Source: Candidatus Latescibacterota bacterium
Lineage (GTDB): Bacteria > Latescibacterota > CBDEFO01
Direction: 5' to 3'
Assembly: GCA_965248755.1 (NCBI GenBank)
Contig: OZ252149.1
Span: 3,360,001-3,424,000 of the forward strand
DNA: 64,000 nucleotides
Positions within the stretch are counted from its first letter, which is position 1, and each line of letters opens with the position of its first letter. The position numbers and the translations under genes were made by a program. The notes below the pieces were generated by a model. That model was given only the letters and a program-made list of their open reading frames with translations, did not search any database and was not told where the DNA came from. Positions 9,733 to 19,924 of the stretch are shown one piece after another.

Positions 9733-10131
9733 TATGGTTGACTCTGTCAGGCTATATTAAAATCATCGAGAGGAATTTAGAAAGTGACGGAGTGATTCAA
9801 GCAGCTTTAAGTATTTACTTACAATCGTTTAGTAGGTTAGGAACGCGTCGCATTTTTTTTGAAATAGGTGCGCAAATGCTCGACCTTTTCGAGTGATCTT
9901 AAATTCAAGGGGGTGTGATTCCGGAATCTTATGATTTAAATTATCCTGTCAGTTTGGCAATTTCTAGTCGTTAAAGTTTTTTATAGGAATTTCAAATAAC
10001 TCCAATAACTAGTAATACAGGTGAGGGAGGATGAATCAACTATGCCAGGTTCATTAGCAGAAGACACAGACGGTGGTTTTGAGAGGTGGAGTCGTTGTAG
10101 TTTTCAACCTTACGCTTCAGGGAGGGATGAC

Positions 10132-13100
10132 ATGAAAGCAAAGGCGGTGGTTGGTCTTTTAGCGGTTGGCTTGTTCATATTTGGAATGACTTTCTCTGCG
10201 GATGCTACCTTAACCACGCAAACTGTTACGAATGACGTAGCAACCGCTCCGACTCGTGAAGGCGCTGATGTGACTTACGGAGGTGCGACTCTCGGTTCAT
10301 TTACGGGGCCGGTTTCTGTCCTTAGGGTCGTCCTTAAGTCTGACTCAACAGCCGAGAGTATTGATACCGTCAGGGTGGATATAAACAGGGTAGATGTGGG
10401 CTCCGGAACAACAGACCTTCCCAGCTTATACGTAAGTCCCCTTCGCACTAGTGGTACTACCAGCGGCATTGCCATATACGTGGACGATGGTGATAATGTC
10501 TTTGAGAGGGCTGTAGATACTGTTGTAAACGTCACTGGTGGAAGTATCACTTATACTGGTACTGTGCCCGGCAGTGCTGCGGACAGTATTAGTACAGTCA
10601 CCATAATTCTTCCTACTGGCGGTGATACCCTCTTTGTAAATCCTGGGCCGTTGACGCTATTCATCGTTGCTAGAGCTGGAACTAGTTTACGTACCGGCGA
10701 TCAGTTTACGCTCAGCACGAACCTCTCAAACTGGGGATTCAGCAAGGATTCGGCAGGAACTGCAACTAATAGTTCAGGGACCATAACCGGCGATCAAGAC
10801 GCCCCTGTCATAGCTGCGGGCAACGTGGTGACGCTGGACGATGACTCCGATGGACTTTTGGACGGCGTACAGATAACCTGGAGTGAGAGCATCGCCGATG
10901 TGAGCTTTGCCAACTTTGCCAGCGCGACGGCTACTTTTGACATAACAACGGGTACTAGACTCAGAGACAGCACACTAGCCGGTGATGCCGATGGGGATGA
11001 TGGGAGATTCACAGCTACAAACAGGCTGCCCAAAATAGATCCAAACGGTTCTCCCCGCACTCCGGATACCATAAACAACAACATCACCTTCATCACCTTC
11101 CAGGAAGACCCGGGATCGCCTGCGGATAAGCTTCTCAATGAACTAAATACGGAGGCAGTGCCCACATTAGATATGACCTCGGCTACGGTAACCGACCTTG
11201 CGGGACATCCTCTGTCTGCAGTTATAGGATTTAACGGGGTTGACGCGGCTCGTCCTGTGATCTACCAGAGCCTCTATCTGGACGCTGACATTGACGGGAA
11301 GCTAGATGAGGTGCAGGTCCAATTTTCCGAGGACATTGCCGTTACCACATTTGCAGACAACGACGGATGGAGTGCCACGGGGTTTACGTTCTCGGGCAAT
11401 CCCGCTCTCATAGGGGCTGCTGCTTCTGTAGATCCCCCGCTTACAGCGACCGGCGGTGTTTCAGATGTCGCCAGGTTCCTCCTTACTGAAAAGGCTGATT
11501 CCAACACGAGCATAGACCCCGCAGTGGATCAAGTGACCTACAGCGTGGTTTCGGGCGATGTGGCAGATCTTGTGGGTGTTGCGCTTAATAACGTGTTCGT
11601 AGGAACCGCTCCGGAGGTCGACAAGGCCAGGCCGGTTCTGATAGATGCGACGACTAAAGATGTTGTCTCTACGGAGCCCAGAGGTCAGATAGACCGGTAC
11701 ACCGTTAGATTCACCGAAGCTGTGAATCTGGAGTCGGGAGACTTTGTTCTTCTGGATGACTTCGCTATTGCCGGGTTAGATTCAGGAGCCGGCACCGGCA
11801 CAGTCCATCTTACCATCACTGAGGCAGGTATAATAGATACAGGGATCAGGCCCGGGCTCGCCGTAGATATACTTAGTGTTGAAGATAAGGCTTTAAATAG
11901 GCTGGGACAACCTACTCCAAACAAGCTCGTCCCTCCTTCGGCCTATGTAGAACCCGTTTCTGGCAATATCCTCATTCCTGACGCAGCGCGCATCGACGGC
12001 GCTCCGCCCCTGATAAGGAGGAGGAGCGAAGGAGCTGTCGGGGGGGATGCTGTGGTCACGGGAGACAACAACAGGGATGGCAGGCTCGATCAGGTAGTTG
12101 TGGAGTTTACTGAGATCATGCCCGTTGGTGGCGACTATGTCAGTGGTGTCACTATCGGAGGAATTGCTCCTAGTGGAGCGTCGCGGACGGCAGCCGATCA
12201 GGTGACCTATACGTTGACAGTAGCTCCAGGCGACCCGCCTAACACAGGCGCTGTGCCCGACTATCTCTATAGCGCGGCTACGGGAGGCATATTAGATCCC
12301 GCCGGGCTGGAGTTGGTGGATATCGGGAGCGCCGATATTGCGGAGGTGGATGGAGCTGCTCCGGTCCTCGTGGGCGCTGTCACAGATGACGCTGACGGAG
12401 ACGGGAAAATAGATAAATACGTTATCACTGTAAGTGAGCCTATATCGATAGCTGGTGTTGCGGACTCGCTAAGAGCAGGCCTGGGAGTTGCGGGTCACCT
12501 CGATACACTCGCCACGCTGGATGCAACCAAACAGATTATCACCTTACTCTTCGTTGAAACAGCCGCGACAACACTGGGAGATTTCGATACTGCAGTGACC
12601 CCTGACGTTACTTATACCCGAGCTACAGTGCAGGATGTGGATGGCGAGATCAAGGATCTTTCAGGCCCCGGCGCTACGGCAAATCTTCCTATGACGGACA
12701 TAGGCGCCGACAACGCTGTCCTGACGGAGACTGACGGCGCGAGGCCCGTTATTGTTGTCGCTGCTGATGATACCTCAAGCACAGGGGACAGAAACAGCGA
12801 TGGCTTTATAGATCAGTTGACGGTGACCTTCAGCGAGCCTGTGACGGCGGACAGCGGTAACATCGGCATAACCGTTGATGCCACTGCTTCGGGCAACACC
12901 GTAACCCTCAGTGAAGTCTTGAGCGGCGGCGGAACCAACGTTGTGGTCTTCGGCGGAACTTCCGACGGATTCGGAAATCCCGATACGGAGGACATTCCGC
13001 TCTTTCACTACGTCGAGGCCGGATCTATTCGCGATATGTCTCCTGCTGCAAAGACACTTCGAGCTGCTGCAGATCAGACAACGATAGATGAGGCAAGGCC

Positions 13101-15996
13101 CGTTATTATGTTTACGACGGGGAGGGTGCAGGATACAGGACTGCGGATAAAGTTCTCCGAGGCTGTACTCGGTACTGGAGTTGAAGGGGATCTGATTGTA
13201 GACGATCTCTTCTATGAGAATACCAACGGAGTCAGGGCCGGCGTTATTGTCGCTGTGGACGATGAACTAGCAGCTATCAATGGGGCCGATGAACTCATAA
13301 CAGTCACTGTGGATAGTAGCTTTATCGTTCAAGATGTGATACAGGACTCTATATCGTTCGCTCCGTCAGGTGCGGATCCAACTTTGAGCCTTGTGACGGA
13401 TGCAGCGTCTGTGCCTAATCAAGCGCGCGTCATCTTCGTCACAATAGACGATCGCATAAGTCCCACAATCACGGCCATGGCCACGGTGGATGCGGACGCA
13501 AACGGATGGATTGATCATATCAGGATCCACCTGAGTGAGCCTGTGGACGATTCGGGCCTTATCGGTTTTGTAACCACCGACAGCCTGTCTGCTACAATCG
13601 GTGACCAGGGATGGGATGTGGTGGGCTATGCAGGCGAACAGTGGAACCTCTATGTCACCGGCGGCGACGCTGCTGCTGACAGTGCCGTTGCTTTCGCAGA
13701 TAATGCTGCAGATGACGCTGTCCTCTACATACAGGTTGACGAGCAGAGCGCCGGTGGAAATGCAAACACGGGAACAGGCGATACTGATGCTACACCTGCG
13801 TCGGCTATTGCTGCGGATATGACAGGGTCAGATGAGAGGGGTGTGAGTGTGACCGCCTTCTCGGGATTGGTTGACTTCAAGCCTAATCCTCTGAACATTC
13901 ACGGCTCGGTAACTACGCCCACCGATGCGGCAGGTCCTGTGATTATGGAGGCCAAGACCTTGACAACTACGGCGGTCCTGGCGACTATGAGCGAGGACAT
14001 CGATGGCGCGACTGTTGCTCTGGGGGACTTTGCTCTCACAATAGCCGGTGATCCTAACGGCACCCAGGTACCCGCTACAGTAAGTCATGTGGCTGAGACG
14101 GAGCCGGGGATTGTTAAAGTAAGAGTTAAAGAGACTGATGAATGGTACCCGGATTTAGGCGGACAGATAACTCTTACAGTTGGCTCTATCGAGGATGTCC
14201 CTGGAAACCTGAATCCAGCACCCGCTACTGCGCTTGTTACTGTTGCCGTCGTCAGTCCGACAATAGATGCCCCCGATGCTCTGGCAGTTAGAGACAGGCC
14301 CGACGATCAGGGCGGTGTCGTGATTGTGGAGTTCGATGCATCTACCAATCATCCAGGAATAGGCCTGGAAAATATAGTGGATGCATACGTGCTGGAGCGG
14401 GAGATGGATGACGGCACCGGAACAGTTAAGTTCATAGTGATCCAACTGCTGGCAGCCGTACCCGGAGAGAATCCTATCGTTCGTCAGGTGTTCGTTCGCG
14501 ACGCTTTGGAGACGAACTACAGAGTAAAGGCCGTATCTGGAGTAACCGTCTCAGGACCGTCTGCTAAGCAGGCCGGCTCTAACAGCGTTCTGGTCGCAGA
14601 GGCCCAGAGCGGGGATGCCATAGATAATAAGATATCTGCATTCTCGCTGTATAGCCCGACCGCTATTGGCCAAGCTCTGGACGACCTGGCTCCTGCTGCT
14701 GTGGCAGGCTTCACAGCTCAGGATGCGCCCGACGACGGCGGTGGAGCTATCAATGTAACGTGGACACCGTCTGAGGACGACAAATTGGTTGAGGCGTTCT
14801 CAGTGGGAGGACGTATAGTTCCGCTCTTCGGAGTTACCAGTTACAAGATCATGCGTAAGACTCCTGCTGAGGCGGATTTCTCGCTGATCGGTACGGCGCT
14901 TCCGGGATCTAACTCGTTCGTGGATAATACGGCTGTGACAGGTACAACCTACGAATATAAGGTCATAGCTGCAGATACCCAGAACGATGCAGAGTCAGAC
15001 TTTACCAGGAAGGCATCTGCCATCAGAAACACTAATGTGGTAGATGAAAGTGGTCAGCCTGTTCTGGGATACTTCGGACCGGACGATGGTGAAGTCGGCT
15101 TAAATGACTTTGTGACGTTCCTGGACAAGTTCGGAATAGGAGACGATTCAGAGAGCTTCGAGTCGGCGTTGGATATAGACGGCGACGGCGATATCGGTCT
15201 TTCTGACTTCGTAATCTTTTTGGATAACTTCGGAAAGACGGTCGTCACAGCTTCCGGTAAGGCTCTGCCTCCTCAAGTGGGCGCCAACAAAGATGCAAAG
15301 ATGTCGCTCTCCCTTGCTAGTGATATCGTGAAGGCCGGAGAGGAGATAATCATTGACGCCTCGGTGTCGAGCGTGACGAATCTCAAGGGATACAGCTTCG
15401 CTTTAAGCTACGATCCCGACAAAGTTGAGTTTGTAGGCGCCGAAAGCGGCCAGGACAATTTACTGAACATCTACGGTGGATCGACTCCGCTGTTCCTTTC
15501 AAAGTCGGATGAGCCGGGCAAGGTGATTCTGGCAAACGGTATTTCTGATGACGATCTTGCCAGCGGCGAAGGTTTAACCGCCAAGATCAAGTTCAGAGTT
15601 AAATCCGACTTTGAGGACGACGTGAGCATCGCCATAACTGACGGCGAGATTATTGACGGATTTTATCTCCTTAATAACGTTAGGGAGATGGGATCTTTGA
15701 CTGTAGCGATAACTCCTGACAGATATGACCTTGCTCAGAACTATCCCAACCCATTCAACCCCAGCACGACTATCGAGTACGCCCTGCCCAAGGCCTCGTC
15801 CGTAAAGCTGACGATCTACAACGTGGCTGGCCAGGCGGCAAGGACGCTTGTAGACGATCGGCAGAAGGCGGGAAGCTACTCAGTGGAGTGGGACGGTAGG
15901 GATAACAGTGGACGTCAGATGGCAAGCGGTATATACTTTTACAACATCAAGGCTGCCGACTTCCAGTCAGTCAGAAAGATGGTATTAATCAAATAA
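10132..15996 (+). CDS. Giant secreted surface/S-layer-like protein: about 9 Ig-like repeats, FN3-like modules, dockerin-like EF-hand pair, cohesin-like domain, FlgD/T9SS-type C-terminal domain
   Basis: GGAGG RBS before ATG 10132, signal peptide MKAKAVVGLL…SADA; repeats DxAxPV…DxDxDGx[IL]D…F[ST]E; DGEVGLNDFVTFLDKFG…DIDGDGDIGLSDFVIFLDNFG; YSFALSYDPDKVEFV; QNYPNPFNPST…WDGRD…SGIYFY…KMVLIK. Confidence 0.85.
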   Translation: MKAKAVVGLLAVGLFIFGMTFSADATLTTQTVTNDVATAPTREGADVTYGGATLGSFTGPVSVLRVVLKSDSTAESIDTVRVDINRVDVGSGTTDLPSLYVSPLRTSGTTSGIAIYVDDGDNVFERAVDTVVNVTGGSITYTGTVPGSAADSISTVTIILPTGGDTLFVNPGPLTLFIVARAGTSLRTGDQFTLSTNLSNWGFSKDSAGTATNSSGTITGDQDAPVIAAGNVVTLDDDSDGLLDGVQITWSESIADVSFANFASATATFDITTGTRLRDSTLAGDADGDDGRFTATNRLPKIDPNGSPRTPDTINNNITFITFQEDPGSPADKLLNELNTEAVPTLDMTSATVTDLAGHPLSAVIGFNGVDAARPVIYQSLYLDADIDGKLDEVQVQFSEDIAVTTFADNDGWSATGFTFSGNPALIGAAASVDPPLTATGGVSDVARFLLTEKADSNTSIDPAVDQVTYSVVSGDVADLVGVALNNVFVGTAPEVDKARPVLIDATTKDVVSTEPRGQIDRYTVRFTEAVNLESGDFVLLDDFAIAGLDSGAGTGTVHLTITEAGIIDTGIRPGLAVDILSVEDKALNRLGQPTPNKLVPPSAYVEPVSGNILIPDAARIDGAPPLIRRRSEGAVGGDAVVTGDNNRDGRLDQVVVEFTEIMPVGGDYVSGVTIGGIAPSGASRTAADQVTYTLTVAPGDPPNTGAVPDYLYSAATGGILDPAGLELVDIGSADIAEVDGAAPVLVGAVTDDADGDGKIDKYVITVSEPISIAGVADSLRAGLGVAGHLDTLATLDATKQIITLLFVETAATTLGDFDTAVTPDVTYTRATVQDVDGEIKDLSGPGATANLPMTDIGADNAVLTETDGARPVIVVAADDTSSTGDRNSDGFIDQLTVTFSEPVTADSGNIGITVDATASGNTVTLSEVLSGGGTNVVVFGGTSDGFGNPDTEDIPLFHYVEAGSIRDMSPAAKTLRAAADQTTIDEARPVIMFTTGRVQDTGLRIKFSEAVLGTGVEGDLIVDDLFYENTNGVRAGVIVAVDDELAAINGADELITVTVDSSFIVQDVIQDSISFAPSGADPTLSLVTDAASVPNQARVIFVTIDDRISPTITAMATVDADANGWIDHIRIHLSEPVDDSGLIGFVTTDSLSATIGDQGWDVVGYAGEQWNLYVTGGDAAADSAVAFADNAADDAVLYIQVDEQSAGGNANTGTGDTDATPASAIAADMTGSDERGVSVTAFSGLVDFKPNPLNIHGSVTTPTDAAGPVIMEAKTLTTTAVLATMSEDIDGATVALGDFALTIAGDPNGTQVPATVSHVAETEPGIVKVRVKETDEWYPDLGGQITLTVGSIEDVPGNLNPAPATALVTVAVVSPTIDAPDALAVRDRPDDQGGVVIVEFDASTNHPGIGLENIVDAYVLEREMDDGTGTVKFIVIQLLAAVPGENPIVRQVFVRDALETNYRVKAVSGVTVSGPSAKQAGSNSVLVAEAQSGDAIDNKISAFSLYSPTAIGQALDDLAPAAVAGFTAQDAPDDGGGAINVTWTPSEDDKLVEAFSVGGRIVPLFGVTSYKIMRKTPAEADFSLIGTALPGSNSFVDNTAVTGTTYEYKVIAADTQNDAESDFTRKASAIRNTNVVDESGQPVLGYFGPDDGEVGLNDFVTFLDKFGIGDDSESFESALDIDGDGDIGLSDFVIFLDNFGKTVVTASGKALPPQVGANKDAKMSLSLASDIVKAGEEIIIDASVSSVTNLKGYSFALSYDPDKVEFVGAESGQDNLLNIYGGSTPLFLSKSDEPGKVILANGISDDDLASGEGLTAKIKFRVKSDFEDDVSIAITDGEIIDGFYLLNNVREMGSLTVAITPDRYDLAQNYPNPFNPSTTIEYALPKASSVKLTIYNVAGQAARTLVDDRQKAGSYSVEWDGRDNSGRQMASGIYFYNIKAADFQSVRKMVLIK

Positions 15997-16017
15997 CCTT
16001 GAGTCTGGAGGAATCGT

Positions 16018-16053
16018 GGGAGTCCCCGTGATAGACCTTTTGGGGGGACTCCC
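16018..16053 (+). terminator. Stem-loop after the giant gene (terminator or mRNA stabiliser)
   Basis: GGGAGTCCCC…GGGGACTCCC stem followed by ATTTCTT. Confidence 0.55.
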
Positions 16054-16096
16054 ATTTCTTCGGTACTTTTAAAGCTTTTAAAAGAGGGGTGATACG

Positions 16097-16750
16097 ATGG
16101 CAAGATTAGCGATTATGGTGGGTGTTGTCCTCTGGGTTTTATCCGTAGTTGGTATGGCTTCTGCCGGGCAGAATTCGGGGGCTACGATAGTTTTGGATCT
16201 TGATGCCGCAACTGCAGGCAATCAGGCAAAGGAGCTTCAGGAGAACGTCGGAGCGAGTGAGGCTGTTGACATAGCGGTTTACGTCACAGGAGCGCAGAAT
16301 GTGAAGGCATATCAAGTAGACCTCATGTTCGACGCGACTAAGGTTGAGTGGAATTCTCAGCTTACGGGCGATGCGTTTGGCAGAGCGGAGACGAACTTTA
16401 TGGGTTCGGAGGGGGGAGCATTTGTCTTCGGGAAGATTCTTAAGGCGGGTACGACAGACGTAGTCACAATACTAAACGGAATTACCAGCGCGACAGAAGC
16501 AAACGCGCCTGAGGGTGATGGCCTTATAGGTGTTATCAGTTTTACGACACTGGGAGGATTTGACACCAACACTGATGCAATCTTCACAGTGGTGTTCTTT
16601 GAGTTTTCAGATACGAATAATGACTTGGACACATTCGACATGCCTTCGCCTAATGACCCTGGTATTCGGGTTTGGCTAAATAAGAAAACAGCGGTTGAGG
16701 CCGACACCTGGGGGAGGGTAAAGGAGCTATTTTCGGGTCTACTCAGGTAG
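16097..16750 (+). CDS. Secreted cohesin-like protein with C-terminal TWG-x-VK tail
   Basis: Signal peptide; VDIAVYV…VKAYQVDLMFDATKV…GDGLIGVISF cohesin-like pattern; ends TAVEADTWGRVKELF. Confidence 0.7.
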   Translation: MARLAIMVGVVLWVLSVVGMASAGQNSGATIVLDLDAATAGNQAKELQENVGASEAVDIAVYVTGAQNVKAYQVDLMFDATKVEWNSQLTGDAFGRAETNFMGSEGGAFVFGKILKAGTTDVVTILNGITSATEANAPEGDGLIGVISFTTLGGFDTNTDAIFTVVFFEFSDTNNDLDTFDMPSPNDPGIRVWLNKKTAVEADTWGRVKELFSGLLR

Positions 16751-16827
16751 TGTATCTTGTATTACAATAATCGCTATTGAAAATAACCACCCCTCAGATT
16801 ATCGTCTCCATATAAAGCAGTACAGTT

Positions 16828-16859
16828 AAAAAGGCTATGTTGTCACATAGCCTTTTTTT
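16828..16859. terminator. Bidirectional intrinsic terminator
   Basis: AAAAAGGCTATGT…ACATAGCCTTTTTTT between convergent genes. Confidence 0.8.
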
Positions 16860-16892
16860 CTTGTTGTACTCTTGAGCAATGTAGTGTGCTTC

Positions 16893-17357
16893 TCATCTGA
16901 AAAGTTCTTTGATCTTTCCCCATGTGCTCTTACCGACTTCTGTAGGATTGAGGAGCCTCTCAATGACCGATGTTATCGAATTGTATTCGTATCCCTGTTG
17001 GCTGTAGGCGATGTTTAGATCGCTGTCGAGAACTACGGTGCAGTTGCGCATCTTTGCGGATATGTCAGTGACCAGCCGATAGGAGACATCAAGACCTTCG
17101 GCCAGATGGGGCGTGGAGCTTACGCCGATTATCTGCACGTCTTTGTTTCTGTACTTGGCCCACATACCATTTTCGAATGATAGCGCAGTCTCTCGGTCAT
17201 CACCGAAGAAGTGGACAACTAGGATCTTATCCGGATAAGCCTGGAGGATGTCCTGCCTTAAGTAATCTCCGAAAACTGCATCTTTATTGGGGCTTGGGGC
17301 TCCGGGAACTGCGGCAAAGAGTATAAGAAGGGGTATTAACAAATAGATGGCTTTCAC
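16893..17357 (-). CDS. Secreted thioredoxin-fold-like protein without CxxC, with C-terminal TWG-x-IK tail
   Basis: Signal peptide; KILVVHFF…KYRNKDVQIIGVS…TVVLD…IAY…GY redoxin-like pattern; ends PTEVGKSTWGKIKELFR. Confidence 0.6.
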   Translation of the reverse strand: MKAIYLLIPLLILFAAVPGAPSPNKDAVFGDYLRQDILQAYPDKILVVHFFGDDRETALSFENGMWAKYRNKDVQIIGVSSTPHLAEGLDVSYRLVTDISAKMRNCTVVLDSDLNIAYSQQGYEYNSITSVIERLLNPTEVGKSTWGKIKELFR

Positions 17358-17436
17358 TTCTGAACCACCTCCTAAATAGGTAGACAGTAGTCAGTAAACA
17401 GTAGACAGGGCACCGCTCCTCTCCCTGTCTGCCCAA

Positions 17437-18492
17437 CTATTCGGTTCTGAGCATATTGCCTTCTTTGATATCGCTGTAGCCTTCAATTATCCTTGCTTTG
17501 GAAAAGTGCTTGGCAGTGACTTTAATGACCTGGATAGTTCCTACCTTTATCTCATCGGTCTTTCCCACTACCTTGCCCGTGATAGGGTCTGAAAGCTCTT
17601 CTCCCTCTTGATATACACTATATTTGTCTCCTGCCTCAACTCCATCGGCGATCCCTATGTTGACATACACCTCATCGTCTTTGACCCAGAGTACGACAGG
17701 ATCCGAGACTTCGGGCTGAGGTGGTGGTTCTATGTATTCTTCGATTTTGCGTTTGATCTGTTCAGAAGATCTTGTAAAGGCTACGCCTACTACAGTATCT
17801 TTGAACTCCTCTGACTCGAATTCATAGTTTCCCATCTCAATGAACTCTTTGTTCCTCTGTCTTGCTTTGTCATCCCGATAACTGGCTCCAAGTTCGTTGT
17901 CATCGTATTCCCCAACTCCCTCGATTATGCCGAGTTCCATTCCGTCCACAACGCGAAAGATCGTCAGTTTTACATTGACATATGCTCCGTACCTGAAGAA
18001 TCCGGCGAGTGGAACTCCAGCTCTGAAGCGAGTTACGTTAAAGTCTTCGATCTCTCCGGTCAGGACGAAGTCAGCTTTGAGGTCTCGACCTATCTGGATG
18101 GCTCTTTCGTTTTTAAATTTACCGAGAGTCTCTTTTCCATCCTTCAATCGCTCCAATATTACGCCATGCGGAACTGTTTTGTAGAAGGGATTTTCCGACA
18201 GTTTCTGAGCGATAGCTTGAGGAACGCCGTTTACTATGTCCCAGGTCCCCTTTAATTTGGATCTATCCTCCAAGGGGAGTATAAGCAGAGTCTGGGACCC
18301 TGTGGAGTGCGAAAATAGAGTGTCCTGTACAGCCTTACCATTCGTCTTTTGTACGTTTGGGGAGGTCTGAACCGATGAATATCCCAAAGCGACCAGAGCT
18401 GACAGAACTCCAACGCCGAGTATTCTGGGTAGTCGACTGTTAGGACTACTATTCAAAGCTGCGCCAGAACCTGTCTTGCCTATTTTGTTCAT
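17437..18492 (-). CDS. CsgG/TolB-N-like domain protein with FlgT-like C-terminal domain
   Basis: AIQIGRDLKADFVLTGEIEDF and VYVNIGIADGVEAGDKYSVY…ELSDPITGKVVG patterns. Confidence 0.65.
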   Translation of the reverse strand: MNKIGKTGSGAALNSSPNSRLPRILGVGVLSALVALGYSSVQTSPNVQKTNGKAVQDTLFSHSTGSQTLLILPLEDRSKLKGTWDIVNGVPQAIAQKLSENPFYKTVPHGVILERLKDGKETLGKFKNERAIQIGRDLKADFVLTGEIEDFNVTRFRAGVPLAGFFRYGAYVNVKLTIFRVVDGMELGIIEGVGEYDDNELGASYRDDKARQRNKEFIEMGNYEFESEEFKDTVVGVAFTRSSEQIKRKIEEYIEPPPQPEVSDPVVLWVKDDEVYVNIGIADGVEAGDKYSVYQEGEELSDPITGKVVGKTDEIKVGTIQVIKVTAKHFSKARIIEGYSDIKEGNMLRTE

Positions 18493-18504
18493 ATCACTTC
18501 ACCT

Positions 18505-19785
18505 TTACACCGCTTTTCTGATTTTAGGGAGGACGTATGGTCCCTTCGGTATTACCGCTATTTTAGCATCTCTACCGGATTTTTGAAGGGCCTGCTGGAC
18601 TCCGTCCTCTACAGATGCTACAGGTTGAACCATAATGCTTTGAGCTTGTTCGGAATCTATGCCTTCGCTGTAGAAGAGCACCTCCCCTCTTTTGAGGGCT
18701 TTACACATCTCCTGCACCTGCCATTGGTCGTGGCAGAAGAACATGGGTTTTTTTATGGTTTGAAGGAAGTTTTCGGGATCTTTTGTGTCATTAAGGAGGC
18801 GGGAAAACTCCGAACTCCCGACACCTTCAGTGCATCGGGAAGCTACAATAAGCGTCCCATCTTGCTTCAGGACGGGTAAAGCTGCGGTCATAGCCTTTAT
18901 AGTCTGATAGAACGTGAGGTCGAGAGGGTATCCCGCGCTGGTAGTTATCACTATATCGGCGAGCTCATCAAGATAGGCGGTAGATTGTCTTTCGACGAAT
19001 TTTACACCTGCCCGGTGGGCGGCTTCAAGTTCGCCACAGAAGAGTCCGGTTATCTTTCTTTTTCCGTTGATGGCTACATTGAGGCTAAAATCGACTCCGG
19101 CTTTGTGTGCAACTTCTAACATCTGTTGATGTACAGGGTTGCCATCAATTATGCCTTCAGCTGCCCGGGGCGATGAGAGTATTTCATATCCGTGCAGGAC
19201 TTTGACAGTTTCGACTCCGCATATCCCGGGGCAGATAGCCTTTCTCCCGCCTGAGTAGCCCGCCATAAGGTGAGGTTCAATCAGGGAGGTGGCGATCTTG
19301 AGATCAGATTCGAGGTAGAGCGTATTGACATAGACAGGCACGCCGAACAAAGTCTCTCCGAGGTGGCTCAGCGTATCTTTTTCTCTGGATAGGTGATTGA
19401 CTATCTTGTAGTTTTGGACTATATGCTCCCCGACCATTGTGATGAGCTCTTCCTCCGTATTGGGTCGATGGAGTCCCGTCCCGACGAGGATGGTGATATT
19501 TTCTTTGGGGATGTCAGAGTCCTGGAGGACCTTCAGCATTGGTGGCAAAATAGTTTCGTTGGGCACAGGCCTGGTGATGTCTGAGATGACGATACAGGCG
19601 TTTCTTTTGCCATGTGCAAGCTCCCAAAGCGGTGGCGAGGATGCAGGGTTTTCAAGGCCCTCCAGGACGGCTGATTGTGGGTCCTGTAGAGGTTCCACAG
19701 GTTTTATGTCGAGAACGCCCTCTAGATTCTGATCGGGAAGATCGACCCAGAGTCCTGCTTTTCCATAGGCGAGTTTGATTTTCAA
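18505..19785 (-). CDS. larA: Nickel-dependent lactate racemase family (LarA)
   Basis: SDITRP, GTGLHRP, IEPHLMAGYSGGRKAICPG, GYPLD motifs; probable start TTG at 19785 after an AGGGAG RBS. Confidence 0.88.
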   Translation of the reverse strand: MKIKLAYGKAGLWVDLPDQNLEGVLDIKPVEPLQDPQSAVLEGLENPASSPPLWELAHGKRNACIVISDITRPVPNETILPPMLKVLQDSDIPKENITILVGTGLHRPNTEEELITMVGEHIVQNYKIVNHLSREKDTLSHLGETLFGVPVYVNTLYLESDLKIATSLIEPHLMAGYSGGRKAICPGICGVETVKVLHGYEILSSPRAAEGIIDGNPVHQQMLEVAHKAGVDFSLNVAINGKRKITGLFCGELEAAHRAGVKFVERQSTAYLDELADIVITTSAGYPLDLTFYQTIKAMTAALPVLKQDGTLIVASRCTEGVGSSEFSRLLNDTKDPENFLQTIKKPMFFCHDQWQVQEMCKALKRGEVLFYSEGIDSEQAQSIMVQPVASVEDGVQQALQKSGRDAKIAVIPKGPYVLPKIRKAV

Positions 19786-19924
19786 ATCTGTAATCTCCCT
19801 ACTGGTGAGTGGATCGAGGTTTCTGCCCCTCGCAATGTCAGGAGACACGCGATGGCATTAGTAATGCATCCATGACAGCCACAGCAAACGAAGCAATCTC
19901 GTAGAGAGGGTACTGCCCCTCCTA

